64,000 bases of DNA from Gemmatales bacterium (GTDB lineage Bacteria > Planctomycetota > Planctomycetia > Gemmatales > HRBIN36): positions 288,001 through 352,000 of the forward strand of contig JBEPZY010000001.1 in assembly GCA_041640595.1 (NCBI GenBank), given 5' to 3'. Every line of letters begins with the position of its first letter. Position 1 is the first letter of the stretch. The notes below the pieces were generated by a model that saw only the letters and a list, made by a program, of their open reading frames with translations, did no database searches and had not been told where the DNA came from. Positions 54,714 through 64,000 of this stretch are shown piece after piece. Made by a program: the position numbers and the translations under genes.

Positions 54714-55556
54714 ATGTCCTGGTGGGTGTCGGAAATCAGCCTGCGGCTTCTAATCTTTCCGGCGTTGATGTTGGTGCTCGCCGTATGGGAAGCGATGCTA
54801 CCGCGTCGGCGCTGGCAACTGGCGAGACCGTGGCGGTGGATCAGCAATTTGGGTCTGGCGCTGCTCAACAATGTGGTGCTGCGTGTCCTGGCACCACTGG
54901 GATTGGCCGGCATTGCCCTGTGGGCCGAGGAACGCCGCCTCGGGTTGCTCCACCTTTTTGATTTGCCAGAAGTCGTGGGCGTCGTGCTTACTGTGCTGCT
55001 TTTAGACCTGATTGTTTACACGCAACACGTCGTCTTTCACCGGGTGCCGATACTGTGGCGGCTGCACCTGGTGCATCACGCAGACCTGGATTTTGACTTC
55101 ACCACGGGGGTACGGTTTCACACGCTGGAGATATTGCTTTCATTTGGCATCAAGGCTGCGGCTGTAATCTTTTTGGGCGGGACGGTGTTGGGAGTGGTAA
55201 TCTTTGAGCTGTTGCTGACAGCGACGTCGCTTTTTAATCACGCCAATGTTCGGTTACCAGTTCGACTGGAGCGCTGGCTGCGCTTGCTTGTAGTCACTCC
55301 TGAAATGCATCGCGTGCACCATTCTGCGGTCACCCAGGAACTCAACAGTAACTTCGGATTCAACCTACCCTGGTGGGATTTTCTCTTTCGAACTTACCGA
55401 CCAGAACCGTGTGATGGCCACCAAAAGATGCATATCGGGCTTGGCTGGCTGCGTGAGGAGCGTCAGGCCAACCGTTTGCCGTCTATGCTGGTGCTGCCGT
55501 TCCTGGTACGTTTACCGCAGCAGAACCAATCGCAGCAAAACCGGTCGGCGAAGTAG
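54714..55556 (+). CDS. Sterol desaturase / fatty acid hydroxylase family protein
   Basis: His boxes HVVFH, HLVHH, FNHAN, HRVHH; NFG..WWD; TM segments. Confidence 0.9.
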   Translation: MSWWVSEISLRLLIFPALMLVLAVWEAMLPRRRWQLARPWRWISNLGLALLNNVVLRVLAPLGLAGIALWAEERRLGLLHLFDLPEVVGVVLTVLLLDLIVYTQHVVFHRVPILWRLHLVHHADLDFDFTTGVRFHTLEILLSFGIKAAAVIFLGGTVLGVVIFELLLTATSLFNHANVRLPVRLERWLRLLVVTPEMHRVHHSAVTQELNSNFGFNLPWWDFLFRTYRPEPCDGHQKMHIGLGWLREERQANRLPSMLVLPFLVRLPQQNQSQQNRSAK

Positions 55557-55585
55557 CTGCCCATATTTAGGAGCAGCTCAATAGA

Positions 55586-57928
55586 TCAAGGTTTGGCCGG
55601 CGTTGCTGGTAGCGGAAGCTGCTGCAACTGTTGACCGGTGGTTTGCCGATCCGCGGCCAGTTGCAGTTGCAAACGCCTCAGTGTTTGCTGCACTGGTGAA
55701 GGATGAGGCTTTTGTGTTAGCTGGCGAAGTTGCTCGCGCTCCTTGTCGCCGAGAAGCCAGGTGTGAGCCTGCACGTGGCCGTAGAGCGCCTGCGCTAGCG
55801 CTACCTGGACATTATCCGGACGCTGCTGGCTCATCAGGGCCTGCAGTAAAGCACGCTGCACCTGGGGGCCACGGACGTGGCTAAGAATCAGCGCGGAAGC
55901 AGGAGCCAGTGTGTCCTCGTTCAGTGTATTGAGCAGCACCGGAATAGCTGGTTCAATGGAGAAGGCAGAAAGTTCTCCGCGTGCGATACGGCTGAGCGCA
56001 TCGAGAGCTTGTTGGCGCATGGCTTGTTTTTGTTCCGGAGTGAGCGATGGGCTGGTCGGTGAAGAAACGCTTTGCAAAACGTGTTGCAGCATAGGTTCGC
56101 TAAGCGGGGCCGGGACGGCGATACCGACCGGCGCATACCGATTTGCCAGCCGTTGTGCCAGAGGTTGCAGCGATTCCGGGCCCCAGAATATCACGGGGAC
56201 AGCTGCCGCTTCCGGGCTTTGTCGCAGGAACAACAGGACGTCTTCGAGTGGGTAATCGGACAGCCGCAGGTCAAGCACAACCAGCTCGGCTGGTGCTTTG
56301 GCAACTTCGCGGAGCACGGCCCGCGCGCTACCGGTGATGACAGTCTCGTAACCCAGAGGGCGTAACCGTTCGGCTAGCTGTCGAGCCTCGACGGCGTCGC
56401 TGAAAGCCAGGAGGGCGCGTCGGCCATCGCCTCCAGTAATAGTGCGGGCCAGAATGTCCACAACGCGTGTGCTGCCAGGAAACGACGCTGACAGCGGCGT
56501 ATCAAGAATTGTCTGTGCCGCCTGCCACTGGACTCGCGGGTCTGGGTAACTGAGCGCTCGCACCAAAGGGGGCAACTGACCTGACTGAGGGCGAACTAAA
56601 CGGGCGTCGCGGATTTGAGATAGTACCTGCAGGGCGGCGAATGCCGTCATAGTTTTGCGTTCGCTGAGGGCCCGGCCGAGCACTTCTTCTATCAAACGCG
56701 GATCGGTAACGCTCAAAGCGTTCACCAGTTCAGGAGCGGTCTCGGTCAACGGCTTGTCCCAGCCGCCCAATTCGACAGCCCGTTCCAGAAGCAAGCTGGT
56801 CAGCAGTACCTGAGCCGGACGGTAATCGGGTTCGATAGCCAGTAACTTCTTGCACCAGTAGGTGCCGGCGAGGACTTCGTACTCGCGGCGGTCAACACTT
56901 TGCGCTACCAGTCCCTGGCGAGGTTCCCAGCGCCACCAAGTTAGCCGGTTGCCGGATGGTAAGGCGATGCGGCGATGGTAATGATCTTCGGCTTCACGCA
57001 TAATTGCCAGTCGCCAGTCGCCCAAGGCGAATGCCGGGTTTTCCGGCGCAGGCTGCGGCAAGGGTTGATGCAACATGGAGGCCAGAATGAGGCGGGCCTG
57101 ATCACGCAGAAGCGGTGTTTCCTTTGGATTTGCCTGCACCAGCCACAAGTACGGAAGCATACGCGGATCGCGTTCCTCCGCGGCGATTTGCAAGGCAATG
57201 CTGCGCAGTCCGGCTGATGGTGCCTCACTCAGCACGACCAACAAAGGCGCCACTGCAGCACCACGCATGTTTCGGAGAACCGTAATCACGGCATTATGTA
57301 CATCCTTTTGCTGCGGGTCAGTGAGCACCTGGATGAGTCGCGGTACGGCTCGTTCTCCTGCCAACACCAGCTGCGACATGGCGTAATGACGCTCACCAGG
57401 TCGGCCTTTGAGACGCTCTACATAAAACTGCAACAGTTTGTCATCGCCGAACCGTTTCGCCAGTGCCGAGTTCAATTCCTGCAAAAGCGCCCGTGCAACT
57501 GGAATCTGTTGTTCAGCTTTCGGGTCTTTTACCACCACCTTGTCGAGTTCCGTATGCGTCATCAGTCGGACAAACGGCGACATTCCCTGTCGGTCATGGA
57601 CCTCGAGGAGAAATTTCTGCCGTTCCTCCGGCCCGGTTTTTTGCAAAAGGTCCCAGAATCGCCTGAGCCAGTCTCCAGCACGCTGATAGTTGCCCGCATC
57701 CAGGTCAAAGAAGATGGCGTTCCAGTATTCCGGCAAAGTCGTTGGCGTGCGAACATACGGCAAAGCCACTCCTAGCTGCGCACTCGCCCGACTCGGCGTA
57801 ACTCCTGCAATCGCAGCCACCGCTACGAGCGCGCCTATCCACGCGGCTCCAATGACAGACAACCGAACCAGCGCAGGAAAAGGTTTTGCCCGTAATAGAC
57901 CCGTCAAACCGCGGATGATGGTGCTCAT
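55586..57928 (-). CDS. HEAT-like helical repeat protein with receiver-like domain
   Basis: N-terminal hydrophobic segment, AVPRLIQVL / LVRALSYPDPRV repeats, LVVLDLRL...VPVIF; start chosen at MSTIIRG. Confidence 0.7.
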   Translation of the reverse strand: MSTIIRGLTGLLRAKPFPALVRLSVIGAAWIGALVAVAAIAGVTPSRASAQLGVALPYVRTPTTLPEYWNAIFFDLDAGNYQRAGDWLRRFWDLLQKTGPEERQKFLLEVHDRQGMSPFVRLMTHTELDKVVVKDPKAEQQIPVARALLQELNSALAKRFGDDKLLQFYVERLKGRPGERHYAMSQLVLAGERAVPRLIQVLTDPQQKDVHNAVITVLRNMRGAAVAPLLVVLSEAPSAGLRSIALQIAAEERDPRMLPYLWLVQANPKETPLLRDQARLILASMLHQPLPQPAPENPAFALGDWRLAIMREAEDHYHRRIALPSGNRLTWWRWEPRQGLVAQSVDRREYEVLAGTYWCKKLLAIEPDYRPAQVLLTSLLLERAVELGGWDKPLTETAPELVNALSVTDPRLIEEVLGRALSERKTMTAFAALQVLSQIRDARLVRPQSGQLPPLVRALSYPDPRVQWQAAQTILDTPLSASFPGSTRVVDILARTITGGDGRRALLAFSDAVEARQLAERLRPLGYETVITGSARAVLREVAKAPAELVVLDLRLSDYPLEDVLLFLRQSPEAAAVPVIFWGPESLQPLAQRLANRYAPVGIAVPAPLSEPMLQHVLQSVSSPTSPSLTPEQKQAMRQQALDALSRIARGELSAFSIEPAIPVLLNTLNEDTLAPASALILSHVRGPQVQRALLQALMSQQRPDNVQVALAQALYGHVQAHTWLLGDKEREQLRQLTQKPHPSPVQQTLRRLQLQLAADRQTTGQQLQQLPLPATPAKP

Positions 57929-58110
57929 GCGAAGCTGCCTCCAGAGAGCGTTGCTCGGGCAGTTGCAGGATAAGCCGAATGTTACAGGGCGATCAACGTC
58001 CAGCCCCGACCTGGCACTCGATATTGGGCCGGACACTGCCGACCATCGCCGGTCGAGGAATCACTCCGATATCAGCCCCTGCAGCGCTGCCCAGGTGTGC
58101 CCTATTGCGA

Positions 58111-59394
58111 TCATACTTCCAATTCCTGGCGAATGAGGTCGGCGTAAGTTTCCCGACGACGAATCAGCCGGTGTTTGTCGCCATCTACGAGCACTTCGGC
58201 AGCTCGGCAACGACTGTTATAATTGGAACTCATGGCCATCCCGTAAGCGCCGGCACTAAAAATCGCCAGCAAATCGCCCCGTTTTACTTCCGGGAACCAG
58301 CGGTCGCGTGCCAGAAAATCGCCGGATTCGCACACCGGGCCGACGATGTCTGCCAGGCGAGTGTGCGCTATGGGAATTTCGTAATCGTCGGGTGGTGCAG
58401 GAACCTCGGCGGGTGGTTCGACGGGCCAGATGCGGTGAAAGGCGTCGTAAAGTGTTGGCCGTATCAGATCATTCATGGCAGCGTCCTGGATGATGAAACG
58501 CTTGCCCCCGCTCTCCTTGACGTACAGCACCCGACTCACCAGGATTCCGGCGTTACCAACAATAAACCGGCCGGGTTCCAGAATGAGTTGGCAACCGGTT
58601 TCTCGCACCGCGGGCACAATCACCTCGGCAAAAGCGTCCGCGGGTAGCGCTTCCTGTTTTCGGTAGTGGATACCGAATCCGCCACCTGTATTCAGATAGC
58701 GAATACCGTGGCCTTGCCGGCGTAAGGTGGCAATGAGCGGCACGGCTCGTTCCAGTGCGGCACGATAGGGTTCCGTCGTGTAGATGGGAGAGCCCAAATG
58801 CATGTGCACGCCAACCAGTTCGATGTGGGGATGATGGACCAGACCGGCCGCGATTTTCTCGACTCGCTCCCAGTCTAAACCAAATTTCGTGCCTCGTTTG
58901 CCGGTGGTGGTCTTGGTATGGGTTTTCGGATCAACATCGGGATTGACACGCAGAGCAATGCGCACCCGCTGATTTCGCCGGGTTGCGATTTCACTCAGCG
59001 CTGCCAGCTCGCCTTCGCTTTCGACGTTGAACATCAGAATCCCGGCATCGAGTGCCTCATGCATCTCCCGGTCGGTTTTGCCTACGCCTGCGAAAACAAT
59101 CCGGTCGGGAGCACCGCCGGCTTGCAAAGCGCGATACAATTCGCCACCGCTGGTCACGTCAAAACCCGTGCCGTTTTCCCGCATCAATCGGCAAATGGCC
59201 AGATTCGGGTTGGTCTTGATGCTATAGCAGATCAGCGGCTGTGCTGCTGCGAAAGCCCGTTGCAATTGATGCAGATGATGAAGCAGCGTCCGCTTGCTAT
59301 ACACGAACAGTGGCGTACCGTATGTTCCCGCTAATTCCGCGATCGGTACCCCTTCGCAATAAAGGACTCGACCACTGTAGTGAAAATGATCCAT
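58111..59394 (-). CDS. lysA: Diaminopimelate decarboxylase
   Basis: YGTPLFVY, YSIKTN, HMHLGS, EPGR, GPVCESGD, GAYG.AMSSNYN. Confidence 0.96.
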   Translation of the reverse strand: MDHFHYSGRVLYCEGVPIAELAGTYGTPLFVYSKRTLLHHLHQLQRAFAAAQPLICYSIKTNPNLAICRLMRENGTGFDVTSGGELYRALQAGGAPDRIVFAGVGKTDREMHEALDAGILMFNVESEGELAALSEIATRRNQRVRIALRVNPDVDPKTHTKTTTGKRGTKFGLDWERVEKIAAGLVHHPHIELVGVHMHLGSPIYTTEPYRAALERAVPLIATLRRQGHGIRYLNTGGGFGIHYRKQEALPADAFAEVIVPAVRETGCQLILEPGRFIVGNAGILVSRVLYVKESGGKRFIIQDAAMNDLIRPTLYDAFHRIWPVEPPAEVPAPPDDYEIPIAHTRLADIVGPVCESGDFLARDRWFPEVKRGDLLAIFSAGAYGMAMSSNYNSRCRAAEVLVDGDKHRLIRRRETYADLIRQELEV

Positions 59395-59634
59395 GGCTGG
59401 TGTTCCTTTCGTTGGCGGCCAATCGAACTTGCTGACCCCTGTCGAGCGTCCAGTTACCTGCATGGCAGCGAATGCCTGGACGAATGAAGCACTGGCGACC
59501 TTCTTCTGAGGACAATAAGCCAGCCGACACAGGCTCGCTATTTTTGTCGCACGGCAGGCTCGGAATACCGCCGTTGCATCGTTTTCTTTCGGCGGTACCC
59601 TGGGCATTTGCGTCAGGCGAGCGATAGTCGGCAA

Positions 59635-61020
59635 TCATCCGCGCGGTTCAAGGCGCTGTCGCCAGTATTCAAGCTGTTTTTCCACTTCCGCATAAGCAGT
59701 CGAGCCAGCGCTCCGAAAGGCAGCAAGGGCGTTTTTGACGCCTAGCACCTGGTACACACTGCTGCTCAGGCCAGGGCGTATTTCTTCCCAGGTTTCCGAC
59801 GGGAGTTCACTCAGAGTGCATCGCCGATGTTCACACTCCTGCACCAATCGGCCCACAATTTCGTGGGCTGTGCGCAGCGGAATCCCCTGTTTCACCAGAT
59901 GTTCCATGAGCGTCGTGGCGTCGAGAAAGCTGTTTTCCAGTCTCTCGGCAATGCGTTCCGGGCGTAGCCGACTGGCACGCACCAGAGGAATAGCCACCGT
60001 CAGGCAACCTTCCACGGTCTCGCTGGCATCGAAGACAGCCGGCTTATCTTCCTGGAGATCGCGGTTGTAAGCCAGTGGCAATGCTTTGAGCAACGTTAGC
60101 AGTTGCACCAATCGCCCGATCACACGTCCACATTTGCCACGAATCAGCTCCAGCACATCTGGATTTTTCTTATGCGGCATAATACTCGAACCGGTGCAGA
60201 AACGGTCCGGCAATTCCAGAAAACCAAATTCGGCAGTTGCCCAGAGAATCCATTCTTCTGCCCAGCCGCTCAAGTGCACCGCCAGGAGTGACAGGGCACT
60301 GACAAACTCTACCGCGAAATCACGGTCACTAACGGCGTCGAGGCTGTTGCGGCAAATCTCGGTAAACCCGAGTTTCCGGGCCACGCTGACACGGTCAATC
60401 GGCAACGAGGTCCCGGCCAGCGCAGCCGCACCGAGAGGAGAGATATTGACTCGTCTGCGGCAATCGGCCAGGCGGTCGCGATCCCGCTGCCACTTTTCGA
60501 TCCAGGCACAGAAATAGTGCCCTGCCAGGATCGGCTGGGCTCGCTGCAAATGGGTATAGCCGGGCAGAATCACATCAAACTGGGCTTCTGCCCGTTCCAG
60601 AAACGCACGCTGGAATTCGCTCAGCAGGGCATCTATCCGGTCAATGGCTTCGCGGATCCAGAGCCGCAGGTCGGTTGCCACCTGATCGTTTCGGCTGCGA
60701 GCAGTGTGCAGCTTCCGTCCCAAATCACCTAATCGCTCGATCAGCGCCCGTTCCACGTGGGTGTGAATGTCCTCCAGTTCCGCCCGCCAGGTAAATTGAC
60801 CACTGGCGATTTCATCCCGAATACTTGCCAGGGCTTGCACAATCTGCTCAGCTTCTTCAGCGGTGAGCAATCCCACTTCGGCCAGCATCTGGGCGTGGGC
60901 CTGACTGGCACGGATATCCTGCTCATACAGCCGCGCATCAAAGCTAATGGATTCCGTGAAGCGTTCAACAACGTGTTCCGTCGGCTCGCTAAATCTGCCA
61001 CCCCAGGTTTTACCGCTCAC
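59635..61020 (-). CDS. argH: Argininosuccinate lyase
   Basis: [44 protein letters not shown]; start uncertain. Confidence 0.96.
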   Translation of the reverse strand: MSGKTWGGRFSEPTEHVVERFTESISFDARLYEQDIRASQAHAQMLAEVGLLTAEEAEQIVQALASIRDEIASGQFTWRAELEDIHTHVERALIERLGDLGRKLHTARSRNDQVATDLRLWIREAIDRIDALLSEFQRAFLERAEAQFDVILPGYTHLQRAQPILAGHYFCAWIEKWQRDRDRLADCRRRVNISPLGAAALAGTSLPIDRVSVARKLGFTEICRNSLDAVSDRDFAVEFVSALSLLAVHLSGWAEEWILWATAEFGFLELPDRFCTGSSIMPHKKNPDVLELIRGKCGRVIGRLVQLLTLLKALPLAYNRDLQEDKPAVFDASETVEGCLTVAIPLVRASRLRPERIAERLENSFLDATTLMEHLVKQGIPLRTAHEIVGRLVQECEHRRCTLSELPSETWEEIRPGLSSSVYQVLGVKNALAAFRSAGSTAYAEVEKQLEYWRQRLEPRG

Positions 61021-61192
61021 AGTTGGCCTCGTTTCCTGTTTACTTGCCGGCTTATCGCGCAGAAGTTCGGTCGGACCGGATACCAATTACCGCAGGGCAC
61101 GGCGTGCATCCGAAGATTGCCCCTCCACGCGATTTTCGGGCGTGCCTTCGGGGACACAGGCAGTCCGATGATGCGTTCCCCTGCACCCGAAG

Positions 61193-62953
61193 CTACGCCA
61201 GCCCAAGCTCTTTCAATTGTTTTATATCCACCGGCGCAGGAGCACCGGTCATGAGGTCTTGGGCGCGTTGAGTCTTGGGGAAGGCGATGCAGTCGCGGAT
61301 ACTGTTCAAACCCGCCAGCAGCATCACCAGGCGGTCCAAACCCAGAGCGATGCCTCCGTGCGGCGGAGCTCCAAATCGCAGGGCATCTAACAAAAAGCCA
61401 AAGCGTTTGCGGGCCTGTTCCTCGTCCATGCCGATGCAACGAAAGACTCGCTGCTGGACATCCGGGCGATGGATACGGATACTGCCTCCGCCCAGTTCAT
61501 ATCCATTCACGACCAGGTCGTATGCTTTCGCCCGAACCGAGCCGGGCTCACTTTCCAATCGGTGCAAATCTTCGTCCATCGGACTGGTAAACGGATGATG
61601 GTTAGCAACCCAGCGGTTTTCTTCATCGTCCCAGACAAGCAATGGAAAGTCCACCACCCACGCCAGAGCAAACTGTCCTGGCTTCACCAGGCCGAGTTCA
61701 GCCGCCAGGTGGTTCCGCACTGCTGCCAGAGTATCGCAAACGACCTTCTCAGTGTCCGCAACAAAAAGCAGCAGATCGCCAGGCCGAGCCTGGAATCGCT
61801 CCCGCAAACTTTGCTGGACGGCCGACGGGAAAAACTTTTCGATCGGTGATGTAAACTTCTCCGCTTCGACCTTGAGCCAGGCCAGTCCCTTCGCACCATA
61901 CCGCCGGGCAAACTCTTCCAGTTCCTCCAGACGTTTCCGGGAGAATTTCTCCGCTGCTTGCGCTGCACATAAGCCGCGTACCACGCCACCTTGTTCGACG
62001 GCCGCTCGAAAGACGCGGAAATCGCTAGCCGGAGCCAGATCGGTCACGTCCACAATTTCCATGCCGAAGCGGAGGTCGGGTTTGTCGGTTCCGAATCGCC
62101 GCATGACTTCCGCGTACTTCAACCGCGGTAATGGCGTGGCCACGCTATATCCAAGCAATTCTCCGAACACACGAACCAGGAAACCTTCGATCACTTCCAT
62201 CACGTCGTCCATCTCTACAAAAGACATTTCCACGTCCAGTTGCGTAAACTCGGGCTGGCGGTCGGCGCGCAGGTCTTCGTCGCGCAGGCACCGTGCGATC
62301 TGATAATACCGATCCAGCCCCGCGACCATGAGAATCTGTTTGTAAAGCTGCGGCGATTGCGGTAGGGCATACCAGCAACCGCGATGCAATCGGCTGGGCA
62401 CCAGGTAATCACGTGCACCCTCCGGTGTGCTGCGGCCTAGCATCGGCGTCTCGACTTCCACAAAACCTCGCTCGTCGAAATAGCGATGCACCAGTTTATT
62501 GAGGCGATGACGCAACAACAGAACCTGCTGCATGGCCGGGCGACGCAAATCCAGATAGCGATAACGCAAACGAATTTCCTCGTTGACCGGCTCATTACCG
62601 CTGATCTCGAAAGGGGGAGTGTCAGCACGGTTGAGCACTTCTAAGGCTTGAGCGCGGACTTCGATGTCGCCTGTGGCCAGTTTCACATTACGCGTTCCTT
62701 CTGGTCGAGCGGTTACGGTTCCGGTAACGGCGATTACCCATTCCGCCCGCAATTCCCTAGCCTGGGCGTGCATCTCGGCACCCGCGGCCGGGTCAAACAC
62801 CACCTGCGTTATGCCATAACGGTCTCGCAGGTCAACAAACACCAATCCGCCGTGGTCGCGGTATGAGTGAACCCAGCCACAAAGTGTTACCGTCTTGCCA
62901 GCATCCCTCAGACGTAATTCGCCACAAGTGTGGGTTCGTCGCCAAGTTGCCAT
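61193..62953 (-). CDS. aspS: Aspartate--tRNA ligase
   Basis: RTHTCGEL, DLRDRYG, STPEGARDY, FTQLDVEMSF, GAPPHGGIALGLDR. Confidence 0.97.
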   Translation of the reverse strand: MATWRRTHTCGELRLRDAGKTVTLCGWVHSYRDHGGLVFVDLRDRYGITQVVFDPAAGAEMHAQARELRAEWVIAVTGTVTARPEGTRNVKLATGDIEVRAQALEVLNRADTPPFEISGNEPVNEEIRLRYRYLDLRRPAMQQVLLLRHRLNKLVHRYFDERGFVEVETPMLGRSTPEGARDYLVPSRLHRGCWYALPQSPQLYKQILMVAGLDRYYQIARCLRDEDLRADRQPEFTQLDVEMSFVEMDDVMEVIEGFLVRVFGELLGYSVATPLPRLKYAEVMRRFGTDKPDLRFGMEIVDVTDLAPASDFRVFRAAVEQGGVVRGLCAAQAAEKFSRKRLEELEEFARRYGAKGLAWLKVEAEKFTSPIEKFFPSAVQQSLRERFQARPGDLLLFVADTEKVVCDTLAAVRNHLAAELGLVKPGQFALAWVVDFPLLVWDDEENRWVANHHPFTSPMDEDLHRLESEPGSVRAKAYDLVVNGYELGGGSIRIHRPDVQQRVFRCIGMDEEQARKRFGFLLDALRFGAPPHGGIALGLDRLVMLLAGLNSIRDCIAFPKTQRAQDLMTGAPAPVDIKQLKELGLA

Positions 62954-63176
62954 AGTTCGCTTTCTCCTGTGTACGATTGTTTCGTTGCAGGCCCGATCCC
63001 TGGGGAAGATTGATAAGTTGATTGCTCCAAAATGGTCTGGCACATTGTGTAAGTCTCTTCAGGAGCCGGGCTATTGCTCCGCCAGCTTTGAACAAACTGG
63101 CCAAGCAACGCCTCATTATACACCGTTTGGAATACCAGGAACCCACATTACCACCCAGTCTAGGCAAGCATGGTGC

Positions 63177-63337
63177 GTTGCTATCCCGGTCAAAGTTAAC
63201 AGAAACTTAGCACCGGTTTGAGCCTCATGACTGTGGCTCGTGGTTACTGCACCGGTCAGGGTGTGGCGGGAACGGGAGCGAGGGAGGCAAAAAAAGCCCT
63301 GGCAAAGTTGCTATACCGATTAACGTGTGGCAGGAAC
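63177..63337. repeat. Three degenerate 30-31-bp GTT...AAC repeats with 36- and 33-bp spacers
   Basis: GTTGCTATCCCGGTCAAAGTTAACAGAAAC / GTTACTGCACCGGTCAGGGTGTGGCGGGAAC / GTTGCTATACCGATTAACGTGTGGCAGGAAC. Confidence 0.6.
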
Positions 63338-63468
63338 CCTTGTTGACCGGCATCATAGCCGGAGTCAGCCTTTCGTATTGCCGGGATGCTTTTTGATTGC
63401 CTGATGACAGTCGGCGTGCATAAACTAAGCGAAAACCACGCGATGGTTCACGTTCCTGGCCGTTGCGG

Positions 63469-64000
63469 TCATTTGGCCGGCTTGCCCTCGGTACGCAAGT
63501 CAATTGTTCGCAGCGGGACTAATAATGTGGTACGCCGCGCAGTTCCCGGTTCGGTTGCCTGAATGCTAATAAGAAACTTTCCCGCTTCTTGAACAGGCAC
63601 ATCAAAACGAACATCGAGGAAATCCAGGTCGCCGGGAATCTTACGGAATTGGCCATTAATGGGATAACCGTTTGCCACCGGCTTACCCTGTTCATCTAAT
63701 AATCGCATCTGGACATCTAAGTTCCAGGTTTCATCGGGTTTACCTTTTTTCCCGCGCAAAACGACAGCGGTAACGTGGAGGGTCTGCCCAACCACACCTA
63801 CTCCGGGACAGGGCAATTGCACTTGCGGAGTATAAATACTATAGAGCTGGAACTGGACTATACCGAAATCGAGAGGCAAGACCTTGAATGTAAGAGCCTG
63901 CTGAGCGCTTTTGCTCCCAGGATTGAGTGAATCTTCAACGGTGATCTGAACGCGGTAATCGCCGGGCGATAAGTCTTGTGGCAGGGCTATGTGTAAGGCT
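63469..64000 (-). CDS. Hypothetical beta-rich protein, 5' end outside the window
   Basis: Frame of ORF 63469-63879 stays open to the window edge (PGDYRVQITVED). Confidence 0.65.
   Translation of the reverse strand, partial: ALHIALPQDLSPGDYRVQITVEDSLNPGSKSAQQALTFKVLPLDFGIVQFQLYSIYTPQVQLPCPGVGVVGQTLHVTAVVLRGKKGKPDETWNLDVQMRLLDEQGKPVANGYPINGQFRKIPGDLDFLDVRFDVPVQEAGKFLISIQATEPGTARRTTLLVPLRTIDLRTEGKPAK

Overview
GC-rich bacterial window, probably Planctomycetota (inferred from the DUF1559 prepilin-like gene, the DWG-type Ser/Thr kinase and the groEL-groES order). Housekeeping flanks are groES/groEL, DUF1559, acyl-CoA synthetase and Hsp70/DUF2760 on the left, and LysR, sterol desaturase, HEAT-like protein, lysA, argH and aspS on the right. 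They enclose about 44 kb of accessory DNA. A 32.4-kb island (20112-52534) is integrated in tRNA-Arg(UCU), with a 23-bp att duplication, a tyrosine integrase and an Xis-like ORF. Two paralogous SNF2 helicase / DUF1156 methylase / DUF499 ATPase restriction-like operons lie in tandem, one outside and one inside the island. Methylase 1 carries a nested four-helix-bundle gene; methylase 2 is split by MNT-HEPN cassettes. The island also holds a kinase-WD40 gene with an orphan TPR array, a GrpE-like / dynamin / Hsp70-beta-helix / dynamin operon and decayed IS elements. Main observation: about 17 unrelated sites show a ~30-bp or ~37-bp local duplication enclosing a unique ~33-38-bp insert. Several are filled in one IS copy and empty in another, and some have grown into 3-6-unit arrays. 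This is the geometry expected from ectopic Cas1-Cas2-type spacer integration, but no cas genes are in the window. The integrase ORF also spans att and would gain a new 84-aa C-terminus on excision. All alignments and family calls were made by eye.
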